Source: Ginkgo biloba (Eukaryota; Plantae; Ginkgophyta). Taken from it: 25,890 nt of DNA. Below the pieces are notes generated by a model. The model made no database searches. It saw only the letters and a list, made by a program, of their open reading frames with translations, and had not been told where the DNA came from. Of the stretch, positions 11,695-23,049 are shown piece by piece. Both the position numbers and the translations under genes were made by a program. The DNA is taken from positions 263,193,687 to 263,219,576 of the forward strand of contig JANKJI020000002.1 in NCBI GenBank assembly GCA_024626585.2, read 5' to 3'. Each line of letters starts with the position of its first letter. Position 1 is the stretch's first letter.

Positions 11695-11964
11695 CATATA
11701 ACATTGAACGTGGGCCCCTCAATTGCAACATTGCACGTACAATGCGATTACAACATTGTAATATTATACCTACAATGCGATTACAACATTGCAACATTGC
11801 ACATGTACAATATTGAACGAACACGATTGCAACATTGCACGTACATAAAATTGAAACATTGCATATACAACTTTAGAACATGGAATGTATAAAATGATTA
11901 CAACATTGACTAGGGTGCGAACACAATTGTAACATTACAACATTATAGATACAACACGATTACA
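11695..11964. repeat. Degenerate minisatellite built on an 8 bp CAACATTG/ACATTGCA core
   Basis: Recurring att(g/a)caacattg, cacgtacaa and tacaatgcgattacaacattg units; the array runs into the gap at 11965. Confidence 0.85.
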
Positions 11965-12297
11965 NNNNNNNNNNNNNNNNNNNNNNNNNNNNNNNNNNNN
12001 NNNNNNNNNNNNNNNNNNNNNNNNNNNNNNNNNNNNNNNNNNNNNNNNNNNNNNNNNNNNNNNNAATTAGTATCTAATAGAGAGATTCTACGAATTTGTG
12101 ACAACATCATGCAACAAGACACCAACTAAGTGGGGATGGAGAATAAGAAAGGGGTTGATGATAGGTAAGAGCACAAACAATAAAAGGATGAATATGCAAG
12201 GTTGAAGATAATACAATGGAAGATGGAATGGGAGAAAAGACAAATGGAAGGATTATGGAAAGGTTTAAAAGTAGAGACAATGTGAGGATTGAAGTAA

Positions 12298-12308
12298 CTC
12301 TAATACCA
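12298..12308 (-). promoter_or_regulatory. Primer binding site for tRNA-iMet
   Basis: ctctaatacca = TGGTATTAGAG on the - strand, 2 nt after the LTR CA, followed by a pyrimidine-rich leader (12297 to 12065). Confidence 0.8.
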
Positions 12309-12310
12309 CT

Positions 12311-12522
12311 TGACATCAACCTACGAGGATTGTGACCCAAGTCAAGATGGGTCATCTTTAAGAAACAAGTTTGAAGAATGAATATTCAGATAAAAAATAT
12401 TGATTGATGCATTTTTGTTCAATATGGTATAAGGTCAATTATTTATATAAGCCTATGTGCTTATTCTAAAAGGTCGTGACTATTCCAATTATAATTATTT
12501 ATTATAATTTAGGTACATAACA
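12311..12522 (-). repeat. Short LTR (212 bp)
   Basis: On the - strand it starts TGTTATGTACCTA and ends TAGGTTGATGTCA (9/13 inverted match). TATATAAATA at ~12440-12449. PPT-like aataaggggatact at 12523-12536. Confidence 0.75.
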
Positions 12523-13570
12523 AGTATCCCCTTATTAATATGCTTTTCCCTTAAAGCATTGATAAGATAATTATTTTATCTTGGTAGATCATTTTTCTTG
12601 TATTACATTTGGCAGTTTCCATGTATTTGGAGAGGTCTATATTTTTCATGTATTAGGTTGGAGAATGATATGTGATGCTTTGCAAGGTAGTGGGTATTTT
12701 ATGTAGTAGGATGGATGGAAGCATATCCTGCTTGGTCTATTATGTGTTTTATAGTTATCATCCTCAAGCTATACTTCTCTAAGAAAATATTATGTTGACC
12801 CCTTTGAACATAATTCATTATATAATTTCTCCATTCGACATGTTGTTACTAGTTGAGTGGGTGGTGAAGTAAGACCATTAAGTTTGTATAAGATTCCTTC
12901 CCAACAAAATTTAATTTTTTTCCTCAAGGCTTATTTAAAATATCCCTAGAGTTTCAAGCCATTATGCTCCCAAGACTACATCCTCTCCTCCTAATGCCAT
13001 TGGATACATAGGAGTCTAAAGTATAAAAATTGTCCATTGTTAAGTAAATTTTATGGCACTTTCCTCTATACGATATAGTTCCTCCATTAGCTACTATAGC
13101 CTAAAATTGTGTTGTGGGATAGATAAATTGGTTTAGTCATTATACTAAATATTTATCAATAAAATTATGGGTACTCCCTCTATCAATTATGACAATTACT
13201 CTAGCTTCCTTAATATAGCCTTGAATTTTTAGGGTTTTTAATTGAGATAAGCCTTTATTGAAGCTAAAGAAATGGTGGGAGTAANNNNNNNNNNNNNNNN
13301 NNNNNNNNNNNNNNNNNNNNNNNNNNNNNNNNNNNNNNNNNNNNNNNNTATCATATGTTTCTTTTTCTATTTGCTCCTTATTGTGAAGTTCATAATGACA
13401 TAATTTTGTTCTATGGCATTGATATCTTTTTTGGTGTTTTTTATTACATTTAAAGCATGTTCCTCTAGCCCTGTGTTCTTGAATTTCTTTATCTATTAAT
13501 TTTTGGTGTGGTATGGTCTCTAGTCAATCATTATATATCCTTGTATATAAGTTTGTTAAAGAATACATGT
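12523..13570 (-). mobile_element. Internal region of a chromovirus-related element carrying only the gag C-terminus and protease (TR-GAG-like)
   Basis: Gag knuckle QKLIDKEIQEHRARGTCFKCNKKHQKRYQC (~13400-13500). Protease QGYIKEARVIVIIDRGSTHNFID...VANGG...LGGEDVVLGA*WLETLG (~12850-13270). Only ~300 ungapped bp separate it from the PPT and LTR. Confidence 0.8.
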
Positions 13571-13670
13571 NNNNNNNNNNNNNNNNNNNNNNNNNNNNNN
13601 NNNNNNNNNNNNNNNNNNNNNNNNNNNNNNNNNNNNNNNNNNNNNNNNNNNNNNNNNNNNNNNNNNNNNN

Positions 13671-13790
13671 GTGATGCGATTCATGGCTCTGGAATCCACA
13701 CACAATCACCACGTTGCATCCTTCTTTGGAGCTAATAATGCTAGAGTCGCATAAGGACTCAAGGTTTCTCTTAAGAATTCTTTCTTTGAG
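13671..13790 (-). pseudogene. pol: N-terminal RT fragment, CRM-like chromovirus
   Basis: [36 protein letters not shown] matches [37 protein letters not shown]. Confidence 0.8.
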
Positions 13791-15363
13791 TCGACAATCG
13801 TCTTCCATGCATTCCCCACCAAAGAATAATTTGTACAATTTCTTGGTAAAAATATATAAAAAAACATGAATACGGAGCAGAATGTTGGATTATCAGTGAT
13901 TGTTTGAGGCAAGGGATGTTGCTAGTACGGCGGATGTGTTATGGCCTTTATGGGGGCGCATAATTCTCAAACTATGCGCAACCTTAATCCATTTGGAGAG
14001 ATAGAGGGCACCCATAAAGAAGTTGCAGCTGGTGGGAGACGGAAGAACTGTGAAACTCTGATTTTTTGTGGTCTGTAAATCTTCAAGTTATTTCTGGGTG
14101 TAGCAGAATCAGAAAAGAACCTAAACTTTAGATTTTGGGTTGTCTAAAATTTCGTTAAGCTTATGATATGGTTGTGATTGGTTTCACAGGAGATCGGTCA
14201 AAGCATATATGTTCGAACTGAAAAATATGGATGAAGTAAATAAAAAATGTCGGTTTCCCTCAGTTCTGTCCCCAAATCCAGAATTTGAAACTCATGCAGA
14301 ACTGTCTCTAAAGAGTAAAATAATGTCAGTTCACACATATATCACGAAATTTTATAATCATTCTAATCGTATTTTAACGATTTGAATTATAGAATTCCAA
14401 GTAAACTAGGAATTATTGTCAGCAATAAGAAATTTAGCACAATGGCATCACTTACATTTACTAGAACATTCAAATAAGATTTGAATCCACCTCTATAGAG
14501 ATATACTACAGGCTTCATAGGAATCAGTTCTACATACGACACCAAGTAGCAAATTCATAGGCTTCAGCATTGAACACACCTTTAATAATAGTAGAAAGCT
14601 TATGAACATGACACATTCTTTGTTCTTTGGTGAGGATTTACGCACAGGACACTAGGCCAAAAGATATACTCTCTCCCAATAATGAATTCAAAGTACAACC
14701 AAGAACGGGTGATTTAAGTGACTGTGTATCAGAGGGGCCGCCTTGGCTCATTACCATTGCCTTCACAATCACAATATGACAAGGTAAGGTAAATAATCTG
14801 GCTACAAGGACTTGCCAGAACATGCAGGCCAAGTTAACAACAGAATACTCTTCCAAGCTTTTCAAGCCTAAGCACCCTGCTGAAGAGGTCTGGAGGTTCC
14901 ACCATATGTCCAAAGGTTAATTGACCCTTGGAAACATTATAGATGGACTTTAATAAGCCAGAAAATATGGCATCCAAGACCTTTTGCATACAAAGGTCAT
15001 ACTCATGGATAATCCCACAACAGAGGTTACAAACAACACTTTCAACAAAGACACCCCATGCAGAGGCAGCAAATACACCTTTCTGATATCTGTGGCTGCC
15101 TGCAAGCTATGCTATTAGAAAGACACCTGTTGACACACATCAGACGGTATAGGCTTGAAGAGCTGGCCCTTGAATGTGCCTTGGAGAAGCACAGCAGTGT
15201 CTGGTGTAAAATTCCACTGTGAGAAGAATTGCATGTACAGTTTGACCAGATAAAGCTCCTGCANNNNNNNNNNNNNNNNNNNNNNNNNNNNNNNNNNNNN
15301 NNNNNNNNNNNNNNNNNNNNNNNNNNNNNNNNNNNNNNNNNNNNNNNNNNNNNNNNNNNNNNN

Positions 15364-16790
15364 AAATCTCAACCGCAATTTGGGACTTCATGAAAAATAG
15401 ACAGAAATCATGACTTTTTGGGATCCGAAACGAATCACACCCAATAGCTCTGTCTACATGAGTTTGATGCCAACTCTTCTAACAATCAGGTTGATGGAAT
15501 TTGAAATCCAAATTTATGATGGATAATTCAAGTTATTGTTGCCAGATTGCTCAACAACCAAAAAGCAACACATATCTCAACACAATTAAGGACTGCAATT
15601 CAACAAGTTCAAGAAGGTACTATATATAACTGGTGTGATTTCGTTTGTTTCCTCATGTTGACATTATTAAACAAGACTAGAAAAAGCACCTTGTTTGTCA
15701 TCCATTTTCATGTTGACCATCCTTACCGGACTACAATTAGCACAATGCTATCAAATCGATTTGCCAATTGCTGGTAGGGTGGTTAGAGAGGTACTCCAAA
15801 AGTATCATCACAAAGATAATGCTGTGATATTGAGAGGTAATGACAGAAGTTCTAAAATCATTGATGGCAGAATATGGCAACCATAGGAAGGAAGAGATAG
15901 ATAAAAAGGAGAAAGAGAAGGAAGTAGCAGAGGCCTCGGTTGCTGGTGAGGACTAGGTCTCAGATAATGATTAAGAAGGAATTAGAAAGAAAAAGGGGAT
16001 ACCTCCAATATTGGACAACGCGCCAAGTAGTCTTGTCATGCCTTTGGAAGTACCATATGACCCATTGCTGAAAGAAACTTGCAACATTGATGTCGAGGTT
16101 TCCATGGGCCTACAACCAAATCGTCTGTTGGAGCATCAAAAGAAATAATCCCATAACCAAGTTGAGAAGATGCCATTCCTAATGATCACATCAAATTAGA
16201 TTGGAGAGACCGAATTAAAGTTTTTTATGAAGATTTGGAAAAGGATTAATGCAAACTATTTATCCATGAAGCATGGAGACCTACTTTATTTCCAATGTCA
16301 TTTAAATATTGGTAGGAGTTGTCATAAGAAAGATAAAGGACTCTACTCGAGGAGTCAAGAAACATTAGAGGCAAGGACCAAAGCCCAAGAGAGTGAAAAG
16401 AAGATAAAATTTATTGATGACTTTGTGAATGTATGGTTGGCAGATACTCCAAAATCTAATACCTAGCAAAGGTTTATGTTGAGCTTCGAAAAGGACATTC
16501 CACTAGGATTGGCACAAATTATACCAAAGTTGGGCTCCTGGATTAGATAAAGGAATTAATTGTTTGATGCAAAATTTCAATGAGCAAAGGCAATCAATGC
16601 AATTGTTGTAGCATAAAAGGAGGATAAAGAAACATAAATAACTGCAAGGATTAATTAGAGATCCAAATGCATTAGAGAAGAAATTAGCTGTAGTAAAATC
16701 CAATTCAAGGTTGATCCAGTTGTTAATAGAGAAGGACATTCCACTTCCATGAGAGGAATCCAGTCCATCAAAGAAAAGAAAGAAATTTGG
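15364..16790 (+). pseudogene. Decayed long ORF, probably an LTR-retrotransposon accessory ORF
   Basis: Consecutive + strand frames: WIIQVIVARLLNNQKATHIS...AIQQVQEGTIYNWCDFVCFLMLTLLNKTRK, then a charged linker and a K/E/L-rich coiled-coil-like tail. The GxxxNWxxF segment resembles plant LTR extra ORFs (from memory, unverified). Confidence 0.5.
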
Positions 16791-16797
16791 AGATTTG

Positions 16798-17255
16798 TGT
16801 TGGTTTTTGGTTGCCAACTAACCAGGGATTTTCATTTTTTTTTTTATTGAACCAAGATGTTCAAAGGTAGTGGCCAACAAGATGTATGTTGGATATTTGG
16901 TACACAATAGAGGCTTTAGTCGCATTAACTTGCTAATCTCCAATTGCAACAAAAAGCCAGTTCTTAATCACATCAACATTCTAGTGGTTAGTCGCAGGAC
17001 CAACCAACATGTAATGACACAATGTAGTAAAAATAATGCCTGTTGTAGTCACATAATGTAATTGCTAAGATTAGTTGGTCAATGATTGTTAAGAATTAGC
17101 AAATAAGTATGACTATTGGAATCAACCATGAAAATGCACTATTGTACTCTATAAATATTGTAAGCTACAAGGGCTTGATCATCCATCCATTGTATCAAAT
17201 GTAATAAATTATAACGTATATCTCTTCTAATTCGTCGCCTTCGCTATTATCATTT
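16798..17255 (+). repeat. Candidate 3' LTR, interrupted at 17256
   Basis: Purine-rich tract aaagaaaagaaagaaatttggag, then TGTTGG; ctcTATAAATA at 17150-17157; aataaa downstream. No terminal CA identified. Confidence 0.4.
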
Positions 17256-17307
17256 TGTTGTGACCCTAAGTCACAACTAAGAGTTTGGAAGGATCTAACT
17301 CAAGAGA
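17256..17307 (+). repeat. LTR terminus related to the LTR at 1769
   Basis: TGTTGTGACCCTAAGTCACAACTA...AAGGATC versus TGTTATGACCCTAAGACACAACTA...AAGGATC at 1769; cut off by a gap. Confidence 0.7.
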
Positions 17308-17407
17308 NNNNNNNNNNNNNNNNNNNNNNNNNNNNNNNNNNNNNNNNNNNNNNNNNNNNNNNNNNNNNNNNNNNNNNNNNNNNNNNNNNNNNNNNNNNNN
17401 NNNNNNN

Positions 17408-17556
17408 TGATGACTCTTGTTTTATATAAATTAATATCATTAGCATGCAAGGCTATTAGGTGAGACTATTACAACAATGTCCTTTCAGAGACATAACTAG
17501 GATGACCACCATTGTAGATAACGATGGCTTTACAACATCCTCATTGCCCATTTTCC
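17408..17556 (-). repeat. Start of a - strand 3' LTR with PPT-like tract
   Basis: The - strand reads ggaaaatgggcaatgagga then TGTTGTAAAGCC (from 17537), with TATATAAA at ~17421-17428. Confidence 0.45.
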
Positions 17557-18599
17557 ATTCCTAGTATGACTATATGCATTCATACACAAGAACTAGTGTC
17601 CCGTCCCCATAATGACAAGGCCTTAAGTTTCATGTTTAGGTTTTACCAAAGCAAAACTTATACATGGTTTTGGGTCCTTTAATCTTAGATTTAGACATCA
17701 ACCAATTATGGAAAGAATCTTTTGTATAGTCATAAAACAAGCACATAACTATGCTCATTGACCATAAATTAACTATATTGATGGCCATAAATTAATATAA
17801 CCTTTAGGGTTAAATCCCCTTCAAATTTTCCACATAAATCAACCATAAATCCATACTTAATACTGTAAGAAATTCATCAATGAAAAATGGCAGTTATGGC
17901 TTAGGAGTGTGAACACAATCTGACTGAAGATGTATGTAGCAGATTTGGACTAAAATTTGAGCTTGAATCAATCCTATAGTGGATGAATTGTCTAGAGGCC
18001 CAATATGGCATCTTGTCAAAACAAAACTCTCTGGAGTTGAAGAAACCATCTATAGGATTAGATGGGCCCTTTTAGGGACAACCAAAATTCTAAGAGTTGT
18101 GTGAATTTACACGAACAATCCTAAAATACGAGCAACCCAAAACTCTTTTCTAGTGGCGAAAGAAAGAGGTGCAGAGCAAAACCAAGAAGAGTAAAGTGAA
18201 AAATTCTTGCAAATGTTGAAATGCCCTTATATACCCTAAGTGATTAATATATTCTCAATGAAAGATCAACCTCACCCGAGGTTAGGCTGACCTATGTAGT
18301 CTCTATCATCATCTTCCACGTCCCAGTGTCAATTTTGGGGCCATGCTAGCAATATTATGAAAACTGGTTTGTTTTTGAAAGGTCATAACCTTCTTATATG
18401 ATGTTTGTTTGGGGCCTTCAACCACTCATTTTGAAGGGCATGGCATGCCTAAGGAGCATAATGCCTTGAGTAGTAGATGACATCTACTACTTGACTTAGG
18501 TTGTACAACTAAAGAGTTTTGTAAATGTTTAGCCAAATGCAATTGAATAGATCTTTACACATATTCCAAGGTTATAACTCACTTGTCCATAAGGCCTGT

Positions 18600-18830
18600 A
18601 CAACTTCTCTTGCCCTTTGAAGATTGTTGTATAACTTTGAAACTATTTCACTTACAAGTAATTTGGCATCCTTGAAAATAGTTTTTGTTGTTAGTATACT
18701 TGTATGTTTTCCCTGAAGCGAGTCACCTGATAAGGAGCAAAGCTAGCCATCCTAGCAAATCTATCTGCGATAAGCAAAATCCAAACATGCTACTTTTAAG
18801 CAATGAAGTGCAAAATCATAGAAAATGCAT
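18600..18830 (-). pseudogene. Possible very degraded Gypsy integrase core
   Basis: AFSMILHF...ILLIADRFARMASFAPYQVTRFRENIQ resembles ISMDF...IFVVVDRFSKMAHFIPC...FFREIVR. Confidence 0.4.
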
Positions 18831-19920
18831 TGGCATTTTACCTTCTTGTGCCAATTATCCTGTCCTTGAATTGCTTGATTTCCACCTACGTGAACCTTAA
18901 AGCACCAAAATATGATTGTCCTTTGGCAGATCTTTTCATCCTTGTCTCATGAGGGATAAATTAGTGCCATTGAATTCCTCATATATCTTACTTGCCATTG
19001 TGTGTTCATGAGCACTTTCTTTGTAGTCTTAGACATGCGCACCATAGAGATGAACTTTGTTTTCCAAAACCTTTTATATTTCTTATTGAAGGTTATGATT
19101 TGGGGCCAGTTTGTGGAGAATAATTGAATATACCCTGTCTATGATATCACTATTATAGGCTCCCATTTCGACCTATAGAAACCTATAAAAAGACATAGTT
19201 CCAAAAAACTGTTTATAGTTGGGGTGAGCATACATGTTATAACAAAGACCTTGAATACGACATGTAAGCTAGAATCACACAATATCCTCCATGCCAAGAT
19301 CAGTATTAGCAGATACATTGGCTCTCAAAGTCTCAATGATAGTTCAGGACAAAGGTTTGTTAGTTGTTAGTTCTAAGACTCATGACAATGGTAGGTACAG
19401 CATCTTTTGTTGTTAGGACTCAGAGACTTCCACAGTCTTATATGAATGTTTGCCAGCTCAAACGTCATAGCTAAGCTGATTCTTTTTCATATCAAATTGA
19501 TCATAGAGAGCTTTTCTCCCACCATATTCGACCCCATGCAAGCATCTCTCTCAAGCAGAGTGTCAGCACCCCACAATGCAGGCATATAAGTGCGCATTGG
19601 CACAATAACACCTTGCCTCAGTCTACAATTGAGGTATCACCCACTCACCTTGCCTTAGCTGATGATCTAGATGTTATCTCTCAGCTTGCTTCTATCAGCA
19701 TTCTACGTGGCACTCTTCACCTTGCCTCCATTGCAGATCCAGGTTCACTGCTTCTCCACCAATTCAAACAAATGATCACCATGGCACACAGTTGGGATGA
19801 CTGCCACTGCAAATGGCAATGAATTTACAGTATCATTATGACTCATTTTCGATAGGTTACTTGCATTCATGCATATGGAACAATATCTTGTCTCCACAAG
19901 AGCAACAAACTACACTTTCA

Positions 19921-20617
19921 CTTGCCAATTAACCCCTAGAAAGATATGTCGATGTCTCTCTAAAAAGTAGAACCTTCATTTATCAATCCAAATGGAATTA
20001 TTTTATATGAAAAGGTTTCCCACTTCGTGGTAAAAGCCATTTTCATCTTATCTTGGGCATCTACAAGTATCTAATTATACCCAGAAAATCTATCTAAGAA
20101 GGACATCATTTTAGAACTGCTCACTATTTGGAGTACTTCATCTAAGGATGGAATAGGATAGTTGTCTTTAGCAGTGGATTTATTCAAGTTCTTAAAGTCC
20201 ACACAGAGATGGATTTCTCTACTCTTATTTCTTACCAGAACTAGGTTAGGCATCCACGTAGAGTGTTGAATTGGAAAAATAATTTTGGTTGCTAGTAATT
20301 TTTGGACCTCTTTGCATATAATGAGCTCCATCAAGGGATTTATAGGTCTCTATTTATACCTAAATGGATTACAACCCTCTTTGAGTGGGATTGTATGTGT
20401 CATTATATTAGGGTCGAAGACCTTAAGATCCTCATAGGTCCAAGCAATGATTGTTTTATGCTCCATGAGGAAAGTCTTAAGCTCTTTCTATTTAATGTGC
20501 ATATAAGAGCTGCCTATGAAGATATTCTGTGTTCTACCAGCACTTCCTAAGTTGACCTCAATTGTGTCTATCTCGGTAGTGTTCCAAATTTCATGCTTAT
20601 CTAGTGGAATATCCAAA
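19921..20617 (-). pseudogene. pol: Tat/Ogre-type Gypsy RT, truncated before the YxDD motif
   Basis: EVNLGS...IAWTYEDLKVFDPNIMTHTIPL...STWMPNLVLVRNKSREIHLCVDFKNLNKSTAKDNYPIP...FLDRFSGYN*I...AFTTKWETFSYKIIPFGLINEGSTF*R in a single frame. Confidence 0.92.
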
Positions 20618-21201
20618 NNNNNNNNNNNNNNNNNNNNNNNNNNNNNNNNNNNNNNNNNNNNNNNNNNNNNNNNNNNNNNNNNNNNNNNNNNNNNNNNNNN
20701 NNNNNNNNNNNNNNNNNAACAACTGCGCATGTTCCTCTGTTACACATCCATGCCTTGGGTCACGTTTTCTGGGCACTGAAGTCCACAGAGTCGGGTTTTC
20801 TTCCCTACGCACTCCATGAACTCCACAACGTTTTGCTTAGAACCTCCATTCACCTTCATGTTCTCCTATACATGTCTCTGGTATATGGCACCCTGCAGAC
20901 ACAATTTCCTCTTCAAACACCAAACAATTTCACAAACGATGGTGTTCACTATAGGCGTTCCTCTTTTGTGAGTCTACAAACGGATGTACTCCNNNNNNNN
21001 NNNNNNNNNNNNNNNNACGAATTTCTTCACTATGGATGATTGAACTCATGATTTCGCATTGATTCTGAGATTGCCCTAGGGTTTGTTTGCGTTTTTCACA
21101 ATTTTAGAATTGTACAACAACTTTAATCAAGGGTTTTAAACCCTATCTCCATTCTTCACCAAGGAATTGATCCTTCATTCTCAAATCCAAATCCTTCCTT
21201 A

Positions 21202-21212
21202 CTCTGATACCA
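21202..21212 (-). promoter_or_regulatory. Primer binding site for tRNA-iMet
   Basis: ctctgatacca = exact TGGTATCAGAG on the - strand, 2 nt from an LTR CA. Confidence 0.9.
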
Positions 21213-21214
21213 TA

Positions 21215-21520
21215 TGAGAGGATAGGATCTTAGGTAGGATNNNNNNNNNNNNNNNNNNNNNNNNNNNNNNNNNNNNNNNNNNNNNNNNNNNNNNNNNNNN
21301 NNNNNNNNNNNNAGCTCAAATGCTGCTATACACTATGAATCTCCTCAATATGATTGTATAATGGGTACAGGGTCTATTAATAGACACCCAAAGAATAACT
21401 ATCCTCGTAACTTCAAAAGTTATGATTAATCACTAATTACATAATTACATCATGATGGGACATTGATGTCACAATGAATAAACATAAGGTACAATGAAAT
21501 AATCATTAATTATTCCAACA
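21215..21520 (-). repeat. 5' LTR (~306 bp including a gap), Copia-like termini
   Basis: On the - strand it starts TGTTGGAATAAT and ends ...TCCTCTCA, followed by TA and the PBS. The downstream 20718-21200 segment shows no recognisable gag. Confidence 0.7.
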
Positions 21521-21966
21521 AGTAGCAGTGTAGTCACATACTATCATGTACTATTTATTAATGGCATAAAGCATATTTCATACATCTACCTACTTCATCA
21601 TGGTTCCCTTTCTCATAACTTCTCTTAAAAAATCTTCCTATGTTAGTAATGTGGATGAGGAAATCCTAACGTTAACTAATGTTTAGAACAACAAAAGCAT
21701 AAGAACCTTGGGTATAAAGAGAACTTCATAAGAGTACTATGTTTTTTAGAGTTGTAAGAAGGAAGAGTTTGCAGATAATATGATGGACAATAAACAAAAA
21801 GTAGTATGGTAGGTCTATTAAAAAATCTGCCGTTAGGATCTTGTATAGTGCATAAATTAAATGTTCTATGTGAAATTTATTTATTCTGATTTATCTTCTG
21901 TATCTTTTCTAAGTTAGTCATACTTGAGACAAAAATGGAGGGCATATTGAAATGCAACCCTAATAT

Positions 21967-22343
21967 GCAGAAAGTGAGAAAACAAAGCTGGCCTAACAAG
22001 AACTAGAGCAGATTAAGTAGCACTGTAGCGAATAAAAAAGCCTGCAAATTCCCATAAACAATCCTGAAGTGCCCGAGGAAGTGCAGAAAATTGCTCTTAT
22101 AGCAAAACAGTTGGACCCACTAACAATATCCCTAGTATCCATCCAACCCTCGGTAAATTTTTTGAAGAGCATAGCTGATTCTAATCTTTGATTGATGCTA
22201 ACCTGTTCACTCGAGGACCAAGTATTATGAACTGAGGATTTCATTAACTTGGTGCAGAACAAGCTTCACAAAATTGTCTAAAAGCCTCAATAAATGCAAC
22301 ATATCACAACACAGAGGGGATAAGAACTAATGAAACCCACTTG
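21967..22343 (+). pseudogene. Unidentified decayed reading frame, coiled-coil-like
   Basis: AESEKTKLA*QELEQIK*HCSE*KSLQIPINNPEVPEEVQKIALIAKQLD...EDFINLVQNKLHKIV*; protein-like composition, interrupted by stops. Confidence 0.3.
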
Positions 22344-22763
22344 ATGGATGATAACTAAGTCACTGACCCAACTTGTTAGAGGGCATAAGTATGTGTAGAA
22401 TTTATCTTCTCTAGATCAGAACTTTGCTGGAGACCTTGATTAGTCTGGAGTGCTTTCCCAAATACTACCCTTCTCACAAAATATGCATCTGAAATCTCCA
22501 CTCACTTCTTCACTTTCCAATTCAGCATCCTTTCTCTGCATTGGCAACAATGCTTTTCCCCTTCTCAGGAAAAGCATTCATTAGCCTGGCCTCCATATTG
22601 TGAGCAACAAATAGGATGAACATTATAAAACATTTTTTCTGAACATGATTTCCATCACTTGATGNNNNNNNNNNNNNNNNNNNNNNNNNNNNNNNNNNNN
22701 NNNNNNNNNNNNNNNNNNNNNNNNNNNNNNNNNNNNNNNNNNNNNNNNNNNNNNNNNNNNNNN

Positions 22764-22979
22764 NGATGTGAGGACTAAGCAATGGCAATGTTGAAGGTGT
22801 ACGAAGAACTCAAATTGTTGATCTCTATTTGCAGCTGAGTAAAGATAAAAGATTGCTTACGAACCATCGTAGAGAAATTGGAACAAAATGTGATGTGATC
22901 AGAGTTATGTACTATAATCATTTTAATAATACCAACAAAATAACATGAAAATTTTTCATCTCAACACCTCCCCTCTTCC
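22764..22979 (-). repeat. PPT and start of the 3' LTR of the terminal Gypsy element
   Basis: The - strand reads GGAAGAGGGGAGG (22979-22967) directly followed by TGTTGAGATG (from 22966). The far LTR end is uncertain, possibly 22374. Confidence 0.8.
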
Positions 22980-23049
22980 AATTTTCTACTCCTCCCTTAG
23001 AGTAGTTAAATATTCAAAATGCAACTAGGGTGTCTTCTCCTCCAGTACT

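Noticed and set aside
11695-11964. CRISPR-like array
   Set aside because: Degenerate units without unique spacers, eukaryotic context, no cas genes.
13349-13790. CRM-like RT as part of the gag-protease element
   Set aside because: On the - strand it lies upstream of gag, which is the wrong order, and a gap separates them.
17256-21520. LTR pieces at 17256-17537 and 21215-21520 as the two ends of one element
   Set aside because: Their termini and visible internal sequence do not match.
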